Source of the DNA: Isurus oxyrinchus
Taxonomy: Eukaryota
Direction of reading: 5' to 3'
Assembly (NCBI GenBank): GCA_026770705.1
Contig: JANJGN010000003.1
Location: 208,754,001 to 208,818,000, forward strand
DNA: 64,000 nt
Shown here: piece after piece, positions 25,736 to 38,317 of the stretch
How positions within the stretch are numbered: the first letter of the stretch is position 1
Layout of the letters: each line of letters opens with the position of its first letter
Made by a program: the position numbers and the translations under genes
The notes under the pieces: model-generated
Told to the model about the DNA's origin: nothing
The model's input: the letters and a program-made list of their open reading frames with translations, nothing else
Database searches by the model: none

Positions 25736-28700
25736 GATTCCCCACCTCAAGATTGAGTGAAGCAATTTTCACCCACCCCCCTTTAAACATTTATTACTAA
25801 TGTACAACTCTAAATCCGTTTTAGTTTCTTTGAAGCATTGGATCTTGAAGACTTCCACACATCTGGGAAAAAAAAACAAAGTGCAGTATTTCTCTTATAA
25901 GATACACTGATGGATCCAACTTACCTACTATTGGGGATAGGCCCTTCCATTTAACATCAAAAGCATTTTCTTTCTTATTATGATTCATGACCATTACGGT
26001 ATCCCCAAATTGATAGTTAAAAGGTTTGACCTTTTTATCAAAATACCTTTTAGCCTAGTCTTCAGATTTCCCAATATTCCTTGCAACAAATTCATTAACT
26101 TCCCATGTATGCACTGCAGTCTGTTCCAACAATTTAAAGTCACACAATTGATCTGTAAGAGCAGTTATTTCAGTCGATGTTAAATGACCTGGAACCCTCA
26201 AAAACCTTACTGTCATAGCCTGACAAGGTGACACATCCATAGTTCTGTGAGGCGTAGACCTGGTCACCATTAAACAAAGAGGTAACCTGTTTACCCATTG
26301 AGTGGAGTTAGCCACACATAACGTTTTCAACATAATCTTTAACATTCTATCACTACGCTCAACAATCCCAGAAGACTGTGGGTGATGAGATATATACAAA
26401 TTGTGTCAAATTCCCATCAACTCTCGTAACTTAGGAAAGACTTCTGCTGTAAAGCGAGTTCCCTGGTTACTGTCAACCTGTATGGAAAGTCCCCACCTTC
26501 ACTGTTTTGTAGTAAGCAGTGATTCCATCAACAAAGAAATGTCTCTATCCACTTAGTAAAGTGGTCAATAATCACAAGTACATGCATAAAGTTTCTTTGT
26601 GATGGTGGTAATGGACCAATAAAGTCAATTTGGAGGTGATCCAATGATTCTCTGGTACTGCCTGATTGCAAAGAAAAGCCCTATTAATACACGACAAAGG
26701 GTTTTTCTGTAAACATGGCAAACATCTAGTAACATGGAGGTTTAGATCCTCCTTTATCTTAGGCCACTATGCAATAGCTGCAATTTTCTCTGTGATAATC
26801 TCAACAGAATAATGATCACCTGTTGGATCTAGCTCAGGAGGAACACACACAACTGCACTCTGATCTAGCTTTTGCCTATACGTTAAAAAACAAGGAGAAT
26901 CTTCAGAAGAAAAAAACGTTTTGTGAGCCCATGAAGTAGGGCAGGCAAAGACTCATGCTAATAGATTAAAAACCTGATATGGGTCATACTCACACATACC
27001 AAATCTAGGCCCAACTACTGAAACAGGAGTTGCTGCATTTTCTACCTTTGCATAACCATGACTTACTATATTCTAACTCTGGCAATGAACCGCTAGATAT
27101 AGCTGCTTTCTTAGCTGCGATATCAGCTGCATTGTTACCCTGTGTATGCTTAGAACCATCCTGCCTCTGTGCTGTGACTTTAGTTTTGTAGCATGGTGTC
27201 TTTCTTTCAAAACCTGCCAAAGAAAATGAAGACATGGACCAGAGATTTGCCATCTGAGGAACAATAAGAATTTTTATTATAAAGAGGAAGACTCAACATG
27301 GCATTAAAAGCATAGGCACAATCAGACTATATACTCATGAGATAACCAGCAGTTTCTTCAACTGCAATAAGTAAAGACATCAATTCAGCAAACCAAGAAG
27401 AATGACAAAGATACTTGAACATGAGGGTATGCTCAGGCAGTGCCACTACAAATCTTGTGTGAGGAACTCCCTTGACATGGTACAACAAATTGACAAATGC
27501 ATCAATATAAACATCAGGAACTTCTTCAATAGGAACTTGAAGAACTGGATACTACTCAAAGTCTATCAGCGGTAGAGGACTCTAGTAAGGTTTGCCTTCA
27601 CATGCCGTCATTACAGGAAAAAAGAGTAATACCATGTGAAGTCACATCTAAATCTCCATGAAGTAATTCTAATGTCCATCTGTTCAGCCTCACTGATACT
27701 AAAACGTCTCCTGGCTTCATCAGTAAATTTAAAGGAGTATTAAATGAATGGATGATGAGTTTTTGTAGGCCCATGATATAAGTTAAATAGCATACTGCCC
27801 AAAAAATAGCTAACAAATGTTCACAAATCAAATAAGACTTCTCTGCCTGCTGTAGGATGCGAGAGCGATAACCTACTGGATGTCTGTGGCCTCGATAATC
27901 CTGTCCCAATACTGCTACTTTACTCTCCTCTGTGGAAGCTGCTTCCAAATGAAATGGCTGCTCTGGATCTGGCACTACTAAACTGGTAGCCTGCATACCT
28001 GCTACTTTTAATTTTTCCAGTGTATTAATGTGCTCTGCTGTCCATGAGGACAATACCTGGCCTTCCTTGCCATGAAGTAGCCCATAGAGAGGTTTGGCGA
28101 TCTCTGCAAAACCTGGAATAAAGCTGTACTTATCACAAAAATAAAGTGCAAATGTAGATGTTGGCAAAGGCAGCCACTGAATGGCTTCTAACTTGTGACT
28201 GTTTGCACTCAGGCTATTTGGTGACATCGATAGTCCAAAGAAAATGACTTTTTCCTGCAACAGTGAATCTTTTTGGGGTTAACTTTCAAAATAACAAAGA
28301 CAACAACTTGTTTAATAATTTCATCAACTATTTCAATGGCTAAGTGTAGATCTTCAACATGTTGCAACAAACATTTTGATTGCAGAAAGGCTATTACAAT
28401 TTCTGCCATTCTCTTATGAAAAATAATTTTTTAAAACTTTGTAAGAATTATAATTTACACTATCAAAATTAAAACAACCACTTTTTCATGTGTAATGATT
28501 TGTATCCAGATTAGAAGTCCCATATGTTTATCAATACATTCTTTATCTTTGGATAGCATCCTCGTCATTCAAAAGTAACCTGTTAAATTAGACTGCACTT
28601 TACATCTCAAGATTGTCCCAAATTCAAATTACAATGCTGTTGGAATGCTGATTTTCAGTAAATTCTCTTTTAGAATTTTAAATTTCCCCTAACAAAGGGG

Positions 28701-30470
28701 TTAAATAGGGAACGATGGAGAGATTACCAAAGGGGAGATCATCTCCAAGACCTCTCTGTACACTTCATGGTCAGTCTCCAGCGCTGAAGACAAAAACAAT
28801 TGGCTAATGAAATGTTTGATTTAAGTGGGAAGTTTGACACACTGGTAGCAGTCATGACTACACAGACCAGGCACAAGGGAGCAACGATCCCTTCATTCCA
28901 CAATAGAGATAGACCTTTTAAGTATTGCTCCTTTAATGTAGATACTGTCTTTTACCATATCCCAAGTTCTGTCTGCATGGTTCTCATGGTACCCGTTTCA
29001 ACCCATAATGGCTGAGACATTATCAGTCCTGAAAACAAAGCTGAATTCCAGACACTGGACAAACATCCTTTGTTCAGAAAGTAATGTGGATGCTTCTCTA
29101 ACAATGGGTGTGTATTTAGGTGTTATCTTATTTTATTTAGCTCTCTGTAGTAACTGTCAATCTCCAAGAATTACCTGGTTTTCTCACTGGCCTTATGGGT
29201 GAATTGGACACGCTCTGCTTGAGAAGTGCCTCTATTAACTCTTGCATAAAAGAGGAATGCTTTCCTTGGGTATCAGGTGCTGTTTGAGAAAAGAATGATA
29301 AGCTCCATTAATTATTTCTTCACCCTGCAATTTTCCATAATTATGCTTACTCCTAGCAAAAACTATGGAATGCTCTCTAAATGTCTTTTGGACTTGGCTA
29401 TCCAAATGGCAAGGAACTTGATACACTGAAGTCTTTTTAAAGGCATTTGATAAAGATCAAATGAATATTAGAAATCTCAATCAGTTCACTGGTTCCTGTA
29501 CCTATCCAAAGGTTGCCTTGGTTATAATCAACAATAGCCTCTGGTTTTCTTTCACAGATATAAGGATCAACGGACCTAACAAATAATTCAATTGCTTTAA
29601 CAGGTCACTGCCTAGTATCCCTATTCCATTAACAGTGTTCACAAAAACTAGAGATTCGACATTTAATGAGATCCCTTGTATTTTAAGGGTCAAGGCATTT
29701 CCTTTTGTACATGCTTACTTCTTTTCCATCATTCACATTTAATTTGATCGGGTTACTGTGAAAATTTGAGCCCTTGCCCATCCTGGGTCAGCATTCAGGG
29801 CATGAAGTGTGGACGATGGTAATGGCAAAACCTTAATCAACAAGGATGATTTGTGTTTGATCCCCCGGTAATTTGGCCAAAATCTCTCGTTGCCTGTTCA
29901 CATCACATTGGAACCTAATTTCCAATAAGGCAAAGCTTAATTCTAACCCTGCAGCCTGCTGCTTTCAGTTCTTCATGGATTGTGTGGTAACTGCACACAC
30001 TGGAGAGCCTTTGCTCCCTTGTAGCCATGACTGCTTACCAGTTTGTCAAATTTCCCACTTAAATCAAAAATTTCATTAGCCAATTGATTCACTTTCACTT
30101 TGGTGTTTTTGCCTTCAGCGCTGGACACTGTGAAGTGTACAAAGAGGTCTTGAAGGTGATTTTCCCTTTGGTGATCTCTCCATCGTTCCCCACTTAATCC
30201 CTTTACATTCCCTTGCTATGTGTCCTGCTCTTCAGCAGCTATTACATGATATCTCAAGTCTACTCAAAAATACTGGAACCTCTCTCAGTCCTTCCACAAT
30301 AGAGATAGACCTTTTAACGATTGCTTCTTTAACCTAGATGCTGTCTTTTACCATATCTCAAGCTCTGTCTGTATGGTTCTCATGGCACCACTTTCATCCC
30401 ATAATGGCTGAGACATTATCAGTCCTGAAAACAAAACCGAATTCCAATTACTGGATAAACATCCTTTGTT
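25223..30470 (-). mobile_element. Retrovirus-like LTR element (gag-PR-RT-RH-RH-IN-3'LTR), 5'-truncated, no env
   Basis: Gag knuckle CNSC*RAGHIAR (~30.2 kb); PR region GILGSDLL; RT LLQHVEDL; tether RH PFHLEAAST...PVGYRSRIL; second RH VYID...AEL...SDCAYAFN...GNNAADIAAKKAA; IN HLQIDFIGPLPPS...ISHHPQSSGIVER. Confidence 0.85.
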
Positions 30471-31199
30471 GAAGTCACTGTAGAGAAGGTAGGCCACATG
30501 AATCAAGACTCTGGCCTTTTGAACAGTTTAAATTACCTTTCCAAGCTGTGCAGCCAGTCTGCTGTTTAATGTCTAACTGGCAGGCCACACAAAAGCAAGC
30601 AGGTTGGACCACTAGCTCGTCTAACCAGACTTTGCTGGAAGATTTTTTATCATCGCTTACAGCACTGATGCAATGTTGGCGTGCCTGTTTTATCTTGTGA
30701 AATCAACACCACCTGAAAAACAAATCTTACAACATTGGTCCCTAGTCAGCTGACTAGAAGGCCTACGTGAAAGACTTCCTCATTGGACTCTCATTCTGGA
30801 CTCTGGAACTCAAGTGAACCAATAATCATTCTCTCTGTGGTCCTTGTACTGTAAAACCTCCTTTTCTCTATCCCTTGCTTTACTGTGTGGATGCAGAGTG
30901 GAATGTTGCTACCGCTCCTTTTTGTGGGTTTTGAATGTGTACAATAAACTAACCGGTTAAATTAATACTAACTTGAGTTTGCTGTGGGATTATTAGTCAA
31001 ATTGGATCACACAAAAACAAATGGGTTGGGAAAATATGCCACTGTTTATTCTTAAATAAAAACTAATTAAGGAAACCCACTTCCTGTGTCTAGACCCTGT
31101 GTCTTGTGAAGCACTTCCTACAAGCTGTACTTCTTTGCTACTCCTGTCTTTGTTGTCTGGTGGTAGGTATCTCAACAATATGCCTTTGTAAAATAAATA

Positions 31200-32010
31200 T
31201 TTCAGTGGATGTAGATGTCAGTAGCTAGGCTAGCATTTGTTGCCCATCCCTAAATGTTTTTGAGGAGGTGGTAGTGAGCACCTTCTTGAACTGCTGTCGT
31301 CCATGTGGTGTAGTTACACCCACAGTGCTGTTAGGGAGAGAGTTCCAGAATTTTGACCCAGGGACAGTGAAGGTATGGCGATATAGTTTCAAGCCAGAAT
31401 GGTGTCTGGCTTGGAGGAGAACTAGCAGGTGATGATGTTCCCATGCATTTCCTGCCCTTGCCCTTCTAGGTGGTAATGGTTGTGGATTTGGAAGGTGCTA
31501 TCCCAGGAGCCTTAATGAGTTGCAGAGTGTATTTTATAAGTGGTACACACTGCTGCCACTGTGTGTCAGTGGTGGTGGGAATGAATGTTTAAGGTGGTGG
31601 ATGTGATACCAGTCGAGCAGGTGTTTTGTCCTGGATTTTATTTTTTTGTTATTCATTCAGGGGTCTTTGCTGGCTGGGCCAACGGTTTTTTGCTCATCCC
31701 TAATTGCCCTTGAGAAGGTGATGGTGAGCTGCCTTCTTGAACCGCTGTAGATCATGAGGTGTAGGTACACCCACAGTGCTGTTAGAAAGGGAGTTCCAGG
31801 ATTTTGAGTGTTATTGGAGCTACACTCATCCAAGCAAATGGAGAATATTCACACTACTGATGTGCCTTTTGGTTGCTGGACAGGCCTTGCGGAGTCAGGA
31901 GGTAAGTTACTCTCCGCAGAATTCCCAGCCTCTGACCTGCTCCTGTAGATACAGTATTTATATGGGTGGCCTAGTTCAGCTTCTGGTCAATGATAACCCC
32001 AGGATCTTTA
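31200..32010 (-). mobile_element. Two 3' fragments of the 19521-type LINE
   Basis: The reverse complement of the 3' end of 19521-20483 occurs twice (from ~31205 and ~31645). Confidence 0.8.
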
Positions 32011-32569
32011 TCCCCATGGCTGCTGCTGCTTCTACTGGTGATATTACTCCTGATTGGAGGTCCAAACTAATGTAGTTGAGGCACCATCCATCCTGATATG
32101 ATTCAGAAAACATCCAAAAGTATAGAAAGTAAACTCCAAACGTAATGTGAACAAATCCTTTCCTACTATTATGTAAGATAGTAGTGTGAATATTGAATAT
32201 TTATTGTGGTCTTTCAATGAGTTTCAATCAGTTGTTGTGCTCTCAAATTGCTTTTAAAGGGGAGTTTCAGAACATCCAAAAACAATTTTGGATGGAATTC
32301 TAACTTTAAAAATGTCTAAATATCACTCCATTGAGCATTAACCATATGTTAATAGATGACCCGTCTCTCCCAAGTCGGTTTGATGTAACCAACCCAATGC
32401 ACTTGAGTTAAAAGCAAAAGTCAGCGGTTAAAGCCGGCTTCTCAACACACTTGCATTTTGGCTGGTTTTAACCCCCCATCTGCACCCAAACCTCCATCCT
32501 CCTTTTTCTCATGGGATGTCTGTAATTGGACTAAAATCAGTTCAAATAGTTAGTCTGCAGCATCCAAAA

Positions 32570-35500
32570 ATATTCAGTGGGACAAGATGGAAAAGCTGGT
32601 TTAGTTCAAGATTTTAAGATGGTGTTGGACAGATAGAGCTGAGTATCATCAATGTACATGGGGAAGGTGACTTCATGTTTGCGGGCGATAACACCAAGGG
32701 ACAACATGCGGATCAGGAAGAAGAGTGGGCCAAGGATAGACCCTTGGAGGACTCCAGAGTTAACGGTTCAGGGACAGGAAGATAATCCATTGCTGGAGAT
32801 ACTCCAGTTATGATCAAATAAATAAAAGTGGAATCAAGCAAGGGCACTCCCACTGAGCTGAACAATGAGGACAGGTTTTCAGCAAAGACAGCTGCAGAGC
32901 GGTTGAAATAGATGAGGGAAAGTATGATGTGGTTACAGGAAATCTCATCTGTGACTTTTGATAGGGCGGCTTCAGTGTTGTCACTGTGTTGTAAACCTGA
33001 TAGGAGAGATTTTGATCTTGTGGGAAAACGGGCATGGATTTGGGAGGCAACAATGTGCTTAAGAAATTTGCAAAGGAAAGGGAGCTTGGAGATACAGCAA
33101 CAGTTCACAAAGATAGAGGGGTTGTGGTTTGTTTTTGAGGAAAGGAAGGGATGAGGGAGGGTAAAGCACCCGAAGAGAGGAAGCTATGTACACTGTCAAC
33201 TAACATGGCAGTTGGGTGATCAGCAGTTTAGTGGAATGGGGTCAAGGAAGCAAAAGATCTGCCGCAAGAACCAGATGAGATCAGAGGTAGCCTGGAAGGA
33301 GATAGAAGAGAAACCTGTGGCTATAGTACTAGAACAATGTAGAGTCTTTGGGGTGTTTGGCAGGTAAGGGATTTTGGAGCAGTTGGCCTCAAATCTCAGT
33401 GACAAGAGGTGCATGCAGTTCCTGGCATTAGTTATTCGGGAGGGTAGAGGGGAATAAAGAAATAAGAAAATGGGTAGTGATGCAGCAAAGGAGCTGGGAA
33501 TGAATTTTGCTCTTTAGGATCCTGCAGTAGTGGATGGTTTTGGCAAAGCATGTTGTGATCCCTAATCAGGCCAGAATTAGTGATGAATGGCTTACCAGTT
33601 GTGTGTCAGGTACACTTGGGTCTGCTCCCTGTAGACCCGTAGAAGTGGGAGATCAAATGGGATGCGAGAGAATAAAAGGTATTTCTTGGGGCAAGAGCAT
33701 TAGAGGTTGAGAGAGGGAGTGATTGAGTTGATTGACAGCTGCAGAAGTATTGTGATCAATGGAGGGTTAAAGGCTCGGCAGTTGGGATTTAGAAAATGCA
33801 GTTATAAGTGACTTGAAGGGAGTTTTTCTAGGCATAAATACCAAATGAAATGGGGGTGAAAGGGATAGGGTGGTGAGGAATTCAAGTAAATGGTCAGTGA
33901 TGGCTCTATCTGTAATATAGACCAGAGGTCTATACAGGCATGGGAGGTGGAATGGTTGAAGTGTTGACTGTGAGCCTGGATAGGAGAGTTTATATGGATG
34001 TAGAGATTTATTAGTGAGGACAGTAATTCAGAGGAAAGAGGACAAGTGGAGCTAATATGAAGATTGAATGACAGAAGATGAAGAGTCTCTTAGTGTGGAC
34101 ACTGAGGAAGGAAAGGACAAACAATATATTGAAGAGAATCTCGGAGCGTACCTGGGACATGGTAGATAATGAGGGTTTTAAAGGAGAGAAAAGAGGAACG
34201 AGGTGAGCTTCTCAGAAGATGAGAAAACCTAAGAGGAGGAATCAAGCTATGATTTGATGATAAGAACCATACTGCAACCCTGGCAGTTTTGATGATGCAG
34301 ATGGTAGAAGGTGGCAGGGAGGCTTTAGTAAGGGGCAAAAGGTCACTAGTTGGGAGGCAAGTTTCAGCCAAAGCCAGGATGCCAATAAAGCTGTGGTGAC
34401 AAGAGGCTCATTTATTTCCTGCAATACTTTTGCAGCTGTCCATCTGTTCCTCATGTCCACCTGAGCAGGGAGACACAAGAGAGGGAAGCAAAATTGGGAA
34501 TGAGAGACAGAAAAGTAGAAAGAAAAAGTGGAAGGCAGAGGAAACAATGGCTAGCAGCAAATAGTGCCATAGTACAAAAAAATGTAAAAGTGTTAAAAAG
34601 ACAATTCTAAAGGCACTATATCTGAATGCATGGAGCATTCGCTGTAAGGTAGATGGATTCATAGTGCAAATAGATGTAAATGGGTACGATATGATTGCGA
34701 TTACAGAGACATGGCTGCGTGGTGACCAAGGCTGGGAACTGAATATCCAAGGATATTTAGGATGGACAGGCAAAAAGGAAAAGGGGGTGGTGTGTTGTTG
34801 GCTAAGGCTGAAATCAGTACAATAGTGAGAGAGGATATTAACTCAGAAAGTCTAGATATAGAATCAGTCTGGGTAGAGCTAAGAAGCAACAAGGGGGAAA
34901 ACATTAGCGGGAGTGGTCTATAGGCGTCCAAACAGCAGTGATAGAGGATGGCTTAATTAGAGACACATGTAACAAGGATGCTAAAATAATAATGGGTGAC
35001 TTTAATCTACATATAGACTGGGCAAACCAAATTAGCAATAATACTGTAGCGGATGAATTCCTGGAGTGTGTACAAGGTGGTTTTTTTATCCAGTTTGTTG
35101 AGGAACTGACTAGGGAACAGGCTATCCTAGATTTGCTATTGTGCAATGAGAAAGGTTTCAGTAATAATCTTGCTTTGTGGGATCCTTTAGGGAACAGTGA
35201 CCATAACATGATAGAATTCTTCGTTAGGACGGAAACTGAAGTAGTCCAATCTGAAATTAGCTCCTAAATCTTAACAAAGGCAACTACGAAGGATATACTT
35301 GCCAGAGAGGGAGTGCCGTGAAGGGTCACCAGACTGATTCCTGGGATGGCAGGTTTGTCGTATGAGGAGAGATTGGGCCAACTAGGCCTGTATTCACTGG
35401 AGTTTAAAAGAATGAGAGGAGATCGCATTGAAGCATAAAATTCTGACCAGGATAAACAGACCGGATGCAGGGATGAAATGTCCTCTGGCTGGGGGCTTTA

Positions 35501-36250
35501 GAACAAGGGGTCACAGTCTCAGGATACAGAGTAGACCATTTAGGACTGAGATGAGGAGAAACTTCTTCATTCAGTGGGTGGTGAACCTATGGAATTCTCT
35601 ACCACAGAAGTCTGTGGAGACCAAGTCACTGAATATAGTAAAGAAGGAAACAGATAGATTTCTTGTTTCTAAATGCATTAAGGGGTATGGGGAGAGCGCA
35701 GGAGTACAGCATTGAGACAGAGGATCAGCCATAATCATATTGAATGTTGGAGTAGGCTCAAAGGGCCGAATGACCTACTCCTGCTGCTATTTTCTATGTT
35801 TCTATGTTCTAGTGAGAAATGTAGAGTGGGCTAGTGATTGTCGGTCCTCGGTCCACTGCCAGTCTCCAAGAGAATGTGTGAGATGCTGATGGCAGGAAGT
35901 TGAGGTTAGCTTTCAGGGAACACTGTGTAGGAACATTGGCAAGACCCAAGGATGTGTTTCTGTTTGTAAAGAGACGGAGAGTGTTAAGAGAGGCACAGAG
36001 GGTATCTGTAGATTAACCACAGAGAGTAGAGGGCTGGTGACTTCAAACCTTGAACAGTAACAGAGGAGTAGAAAGGCAGTAGTGTAGTAATAGATTGAGG
36101 TTGGAATTAGGGGGTACAGTACACCCCAAGAAAGGGGAAGGTGTCATGGCAGTAACTGAAAGAAGGTCACAAATTCAGAAGAAGTCCTTTTTTAAGTGAA
36201 TTTCCCTCACCAGAATCTGGAGGCAAAAATACCTCAATGTATGTTTAGAT
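32570..36250 (-). mobile_element. Old L2 LINE interrupted by a CR1
   Basis: ORF 32713..33108(-) ISKLPFLCKFLKHIVASQI...NTEAALSKVTDEI matches L2 RT motifs; the purine-rich + strand continues past the CR1. Confidence 0.65.
34480..35811 (+). mobile_element. CR1 LINE, endonuclease joined directly to the 3' end (internal deletion)
   Basis: IIMGDFNLHIDW...QAILDLLLCNE...LGNSDHNMIEF then TRGHSLRI...RRNFF; tail ttctatgtttctatgttcta. Confidence 0.9.
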
Positions 36251-36278
36251 TTTAGTCGCTTAGTATTCTGTCAGTCAG

Positions 36279-36723
36279 TATTGTGGTCTCTTACGGTCTG
36301 CTGCCACCAAGTTGAGGTTCTTGATGCAGACCTCAATGGATCTGTCTCTTTGCTATCTATGCTATGCAATGTATTGAGACTGACCAGGGTTCTCTTGAAC
36401 ACAACTCCATGAATTTTATTGCTAGCAACAACTAGAAACAGCTCTGCAGAGGCCTTGATCCAGCCTGGGCCCGAACAATTACATAGGCTGATCATTTGAT
36501 TATATTCCTGATTCATAAGGTATACATGAAATCTTACAGATACAGGGTCACAGACAGTAGTCAACATCTGCAGGAGATTTCACCGGCATTGTGAACATCT
36601 AACATGGAGGCTATACCTTTTATCCTCCCGCCTTACACATGGTGATGTCATAATGATGTCACTATTCAGCTTCTTAAAGGTACATGTTATTGTTTGCATT
36701 GGCATGTATACAATATCACAACA
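36279..36723 (-). repeat. Gypsy 3' LTR
   Basis: Direct repeat of 44718-45157. Confidence 0.9.
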
Positions 36724-38317
36724 TCCCCCTTTTCCCTTTTGATAAAAGAAAAACTTCTTGAGAACAGATATAACAGTGAATATGAAGCATAACAAGATTA
36801 AGTTACCGTATAGAATCTTTAAACATTGAAGTAACATTTGTTGGACATATGTTCCCATGTAGTTTTGGTTGTTGTGGTACATTCTGTGTTTGTGCATTCT
36901 CAACTTGTGTTTCTTGGCTGTACACTGCGGGATCATCTTGTCTTAGTGTTGGTACTTGTGTGGTCCTCTGCGACTGAAATAACACTTGTCTGTGTCTAAG
37001 TCATTGTCGGTCTGATCTGTCTGTTATTCAGCTAGTGCGATGAGAATGTGCTGATGGTTCATTCTGAGGATCAGTCTGTTTGGCAGCTCAGCCTCGTATG
37101 TCCATGGCTGCGTGTACTTTCGCAGTACCTTTCCTTGTACCCAAGTCTTTGTGTGGCACACTTTGACCTACAATTAACTGTGTTAACGGTTTTGCTGTCT
37201 GATTGTGCTGCTGGGACATCCTCTCTCTCTGTTCTAATAGAATGTAATCAGCTTCCTGCTGGAATGGGAGAAGATGGGACAGGAGAGTGGTATGGATTTA
37301 TCTCCCAAACATCAAATTGGCGGGTGAAGGTAGACCATCTCCCTGTGGTGGCACGAAGATGGAGTATGGCAATTTGGAAATCTTGCTTAGTTGCCTTACA
37401 CTTTATAAGTGCTGCTTTGACCATTTTGATGGTCCATTTTGCTAACCTGTTGGACTGAGGGTAAAGCTGGGAAGATGTGATGTGTTTTACACCCCACTTT
37501 TTGCACATGCCTTGGAAGGGTTGTCCTGTACATTGGGGACCATTCTTTGAGACAACAGTTTCAGGTGTAGAGGTTCCCCTTTTCCCTCATTACCCTCCCC
37601 ACACCTGAGTTTGTGACGCCAGATTCATGTGGTTATGGCTTGAACAGAATGTCCAGCAAGATAAGTTTCTTCTGATAATTCACAATCGCTTTATCGAAAC
37701 ACTCACAACCCCTCAGTACAAAACCCCAAATTAAAACAACCCCTTCCCAGTATCCAACACGAAGTCACCATGACTCGGGCTTAAACTTACTAAAATGCTG
37801 ACTCCACACAAAGTCCCCACAAGTTGGTTTAAACTTAGAAAATCTCAGGCTAAACACGTCTTATTCGGAAATCTTAGGAAAAAGACCCTCAGACCAATAT
37901 CACCAAGGTATGGCTGAAATAAGTTACAAGTTACCAGCAGAAACACTTTCACAAAACCCTCAGACCAATAAAACTACAATTTGGCTGAAACTTACAACCC
38001 CCAACATGGCTGGTCTCTTGGTTGTTGACTGTAAGCCTGACCAAACTCAACCCTTCTTCCGACTGCAGCCCAGATACTCAGATGTGCTCTTCTTTTATAA
38101 TAATTTAACACAGGCATGTCAAAACATATGGTGTTCCAATTTCTATTTATTTGATTGCACGCAAAGTCCAGACAAATGTCATCAGCTCCTGCTGGTTGAA
38201 TTAATACAGGGTTTGTCATGGAAGATGTATCCGGACGCATATTATCAGTTAACCTTGTATGAGCAATTCTCCAGCTGTTTGAGGTGACACAGTAACATCA
38301 TCCGGGCTCCAAAGCCC

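Noticed and set aside
28897-29074. Possible env/fusion-protein fragment
   Set aside because: Its duplicate at 30.3-30.5 kb reads in frame into the gag zinc knuckle, so it is gag.
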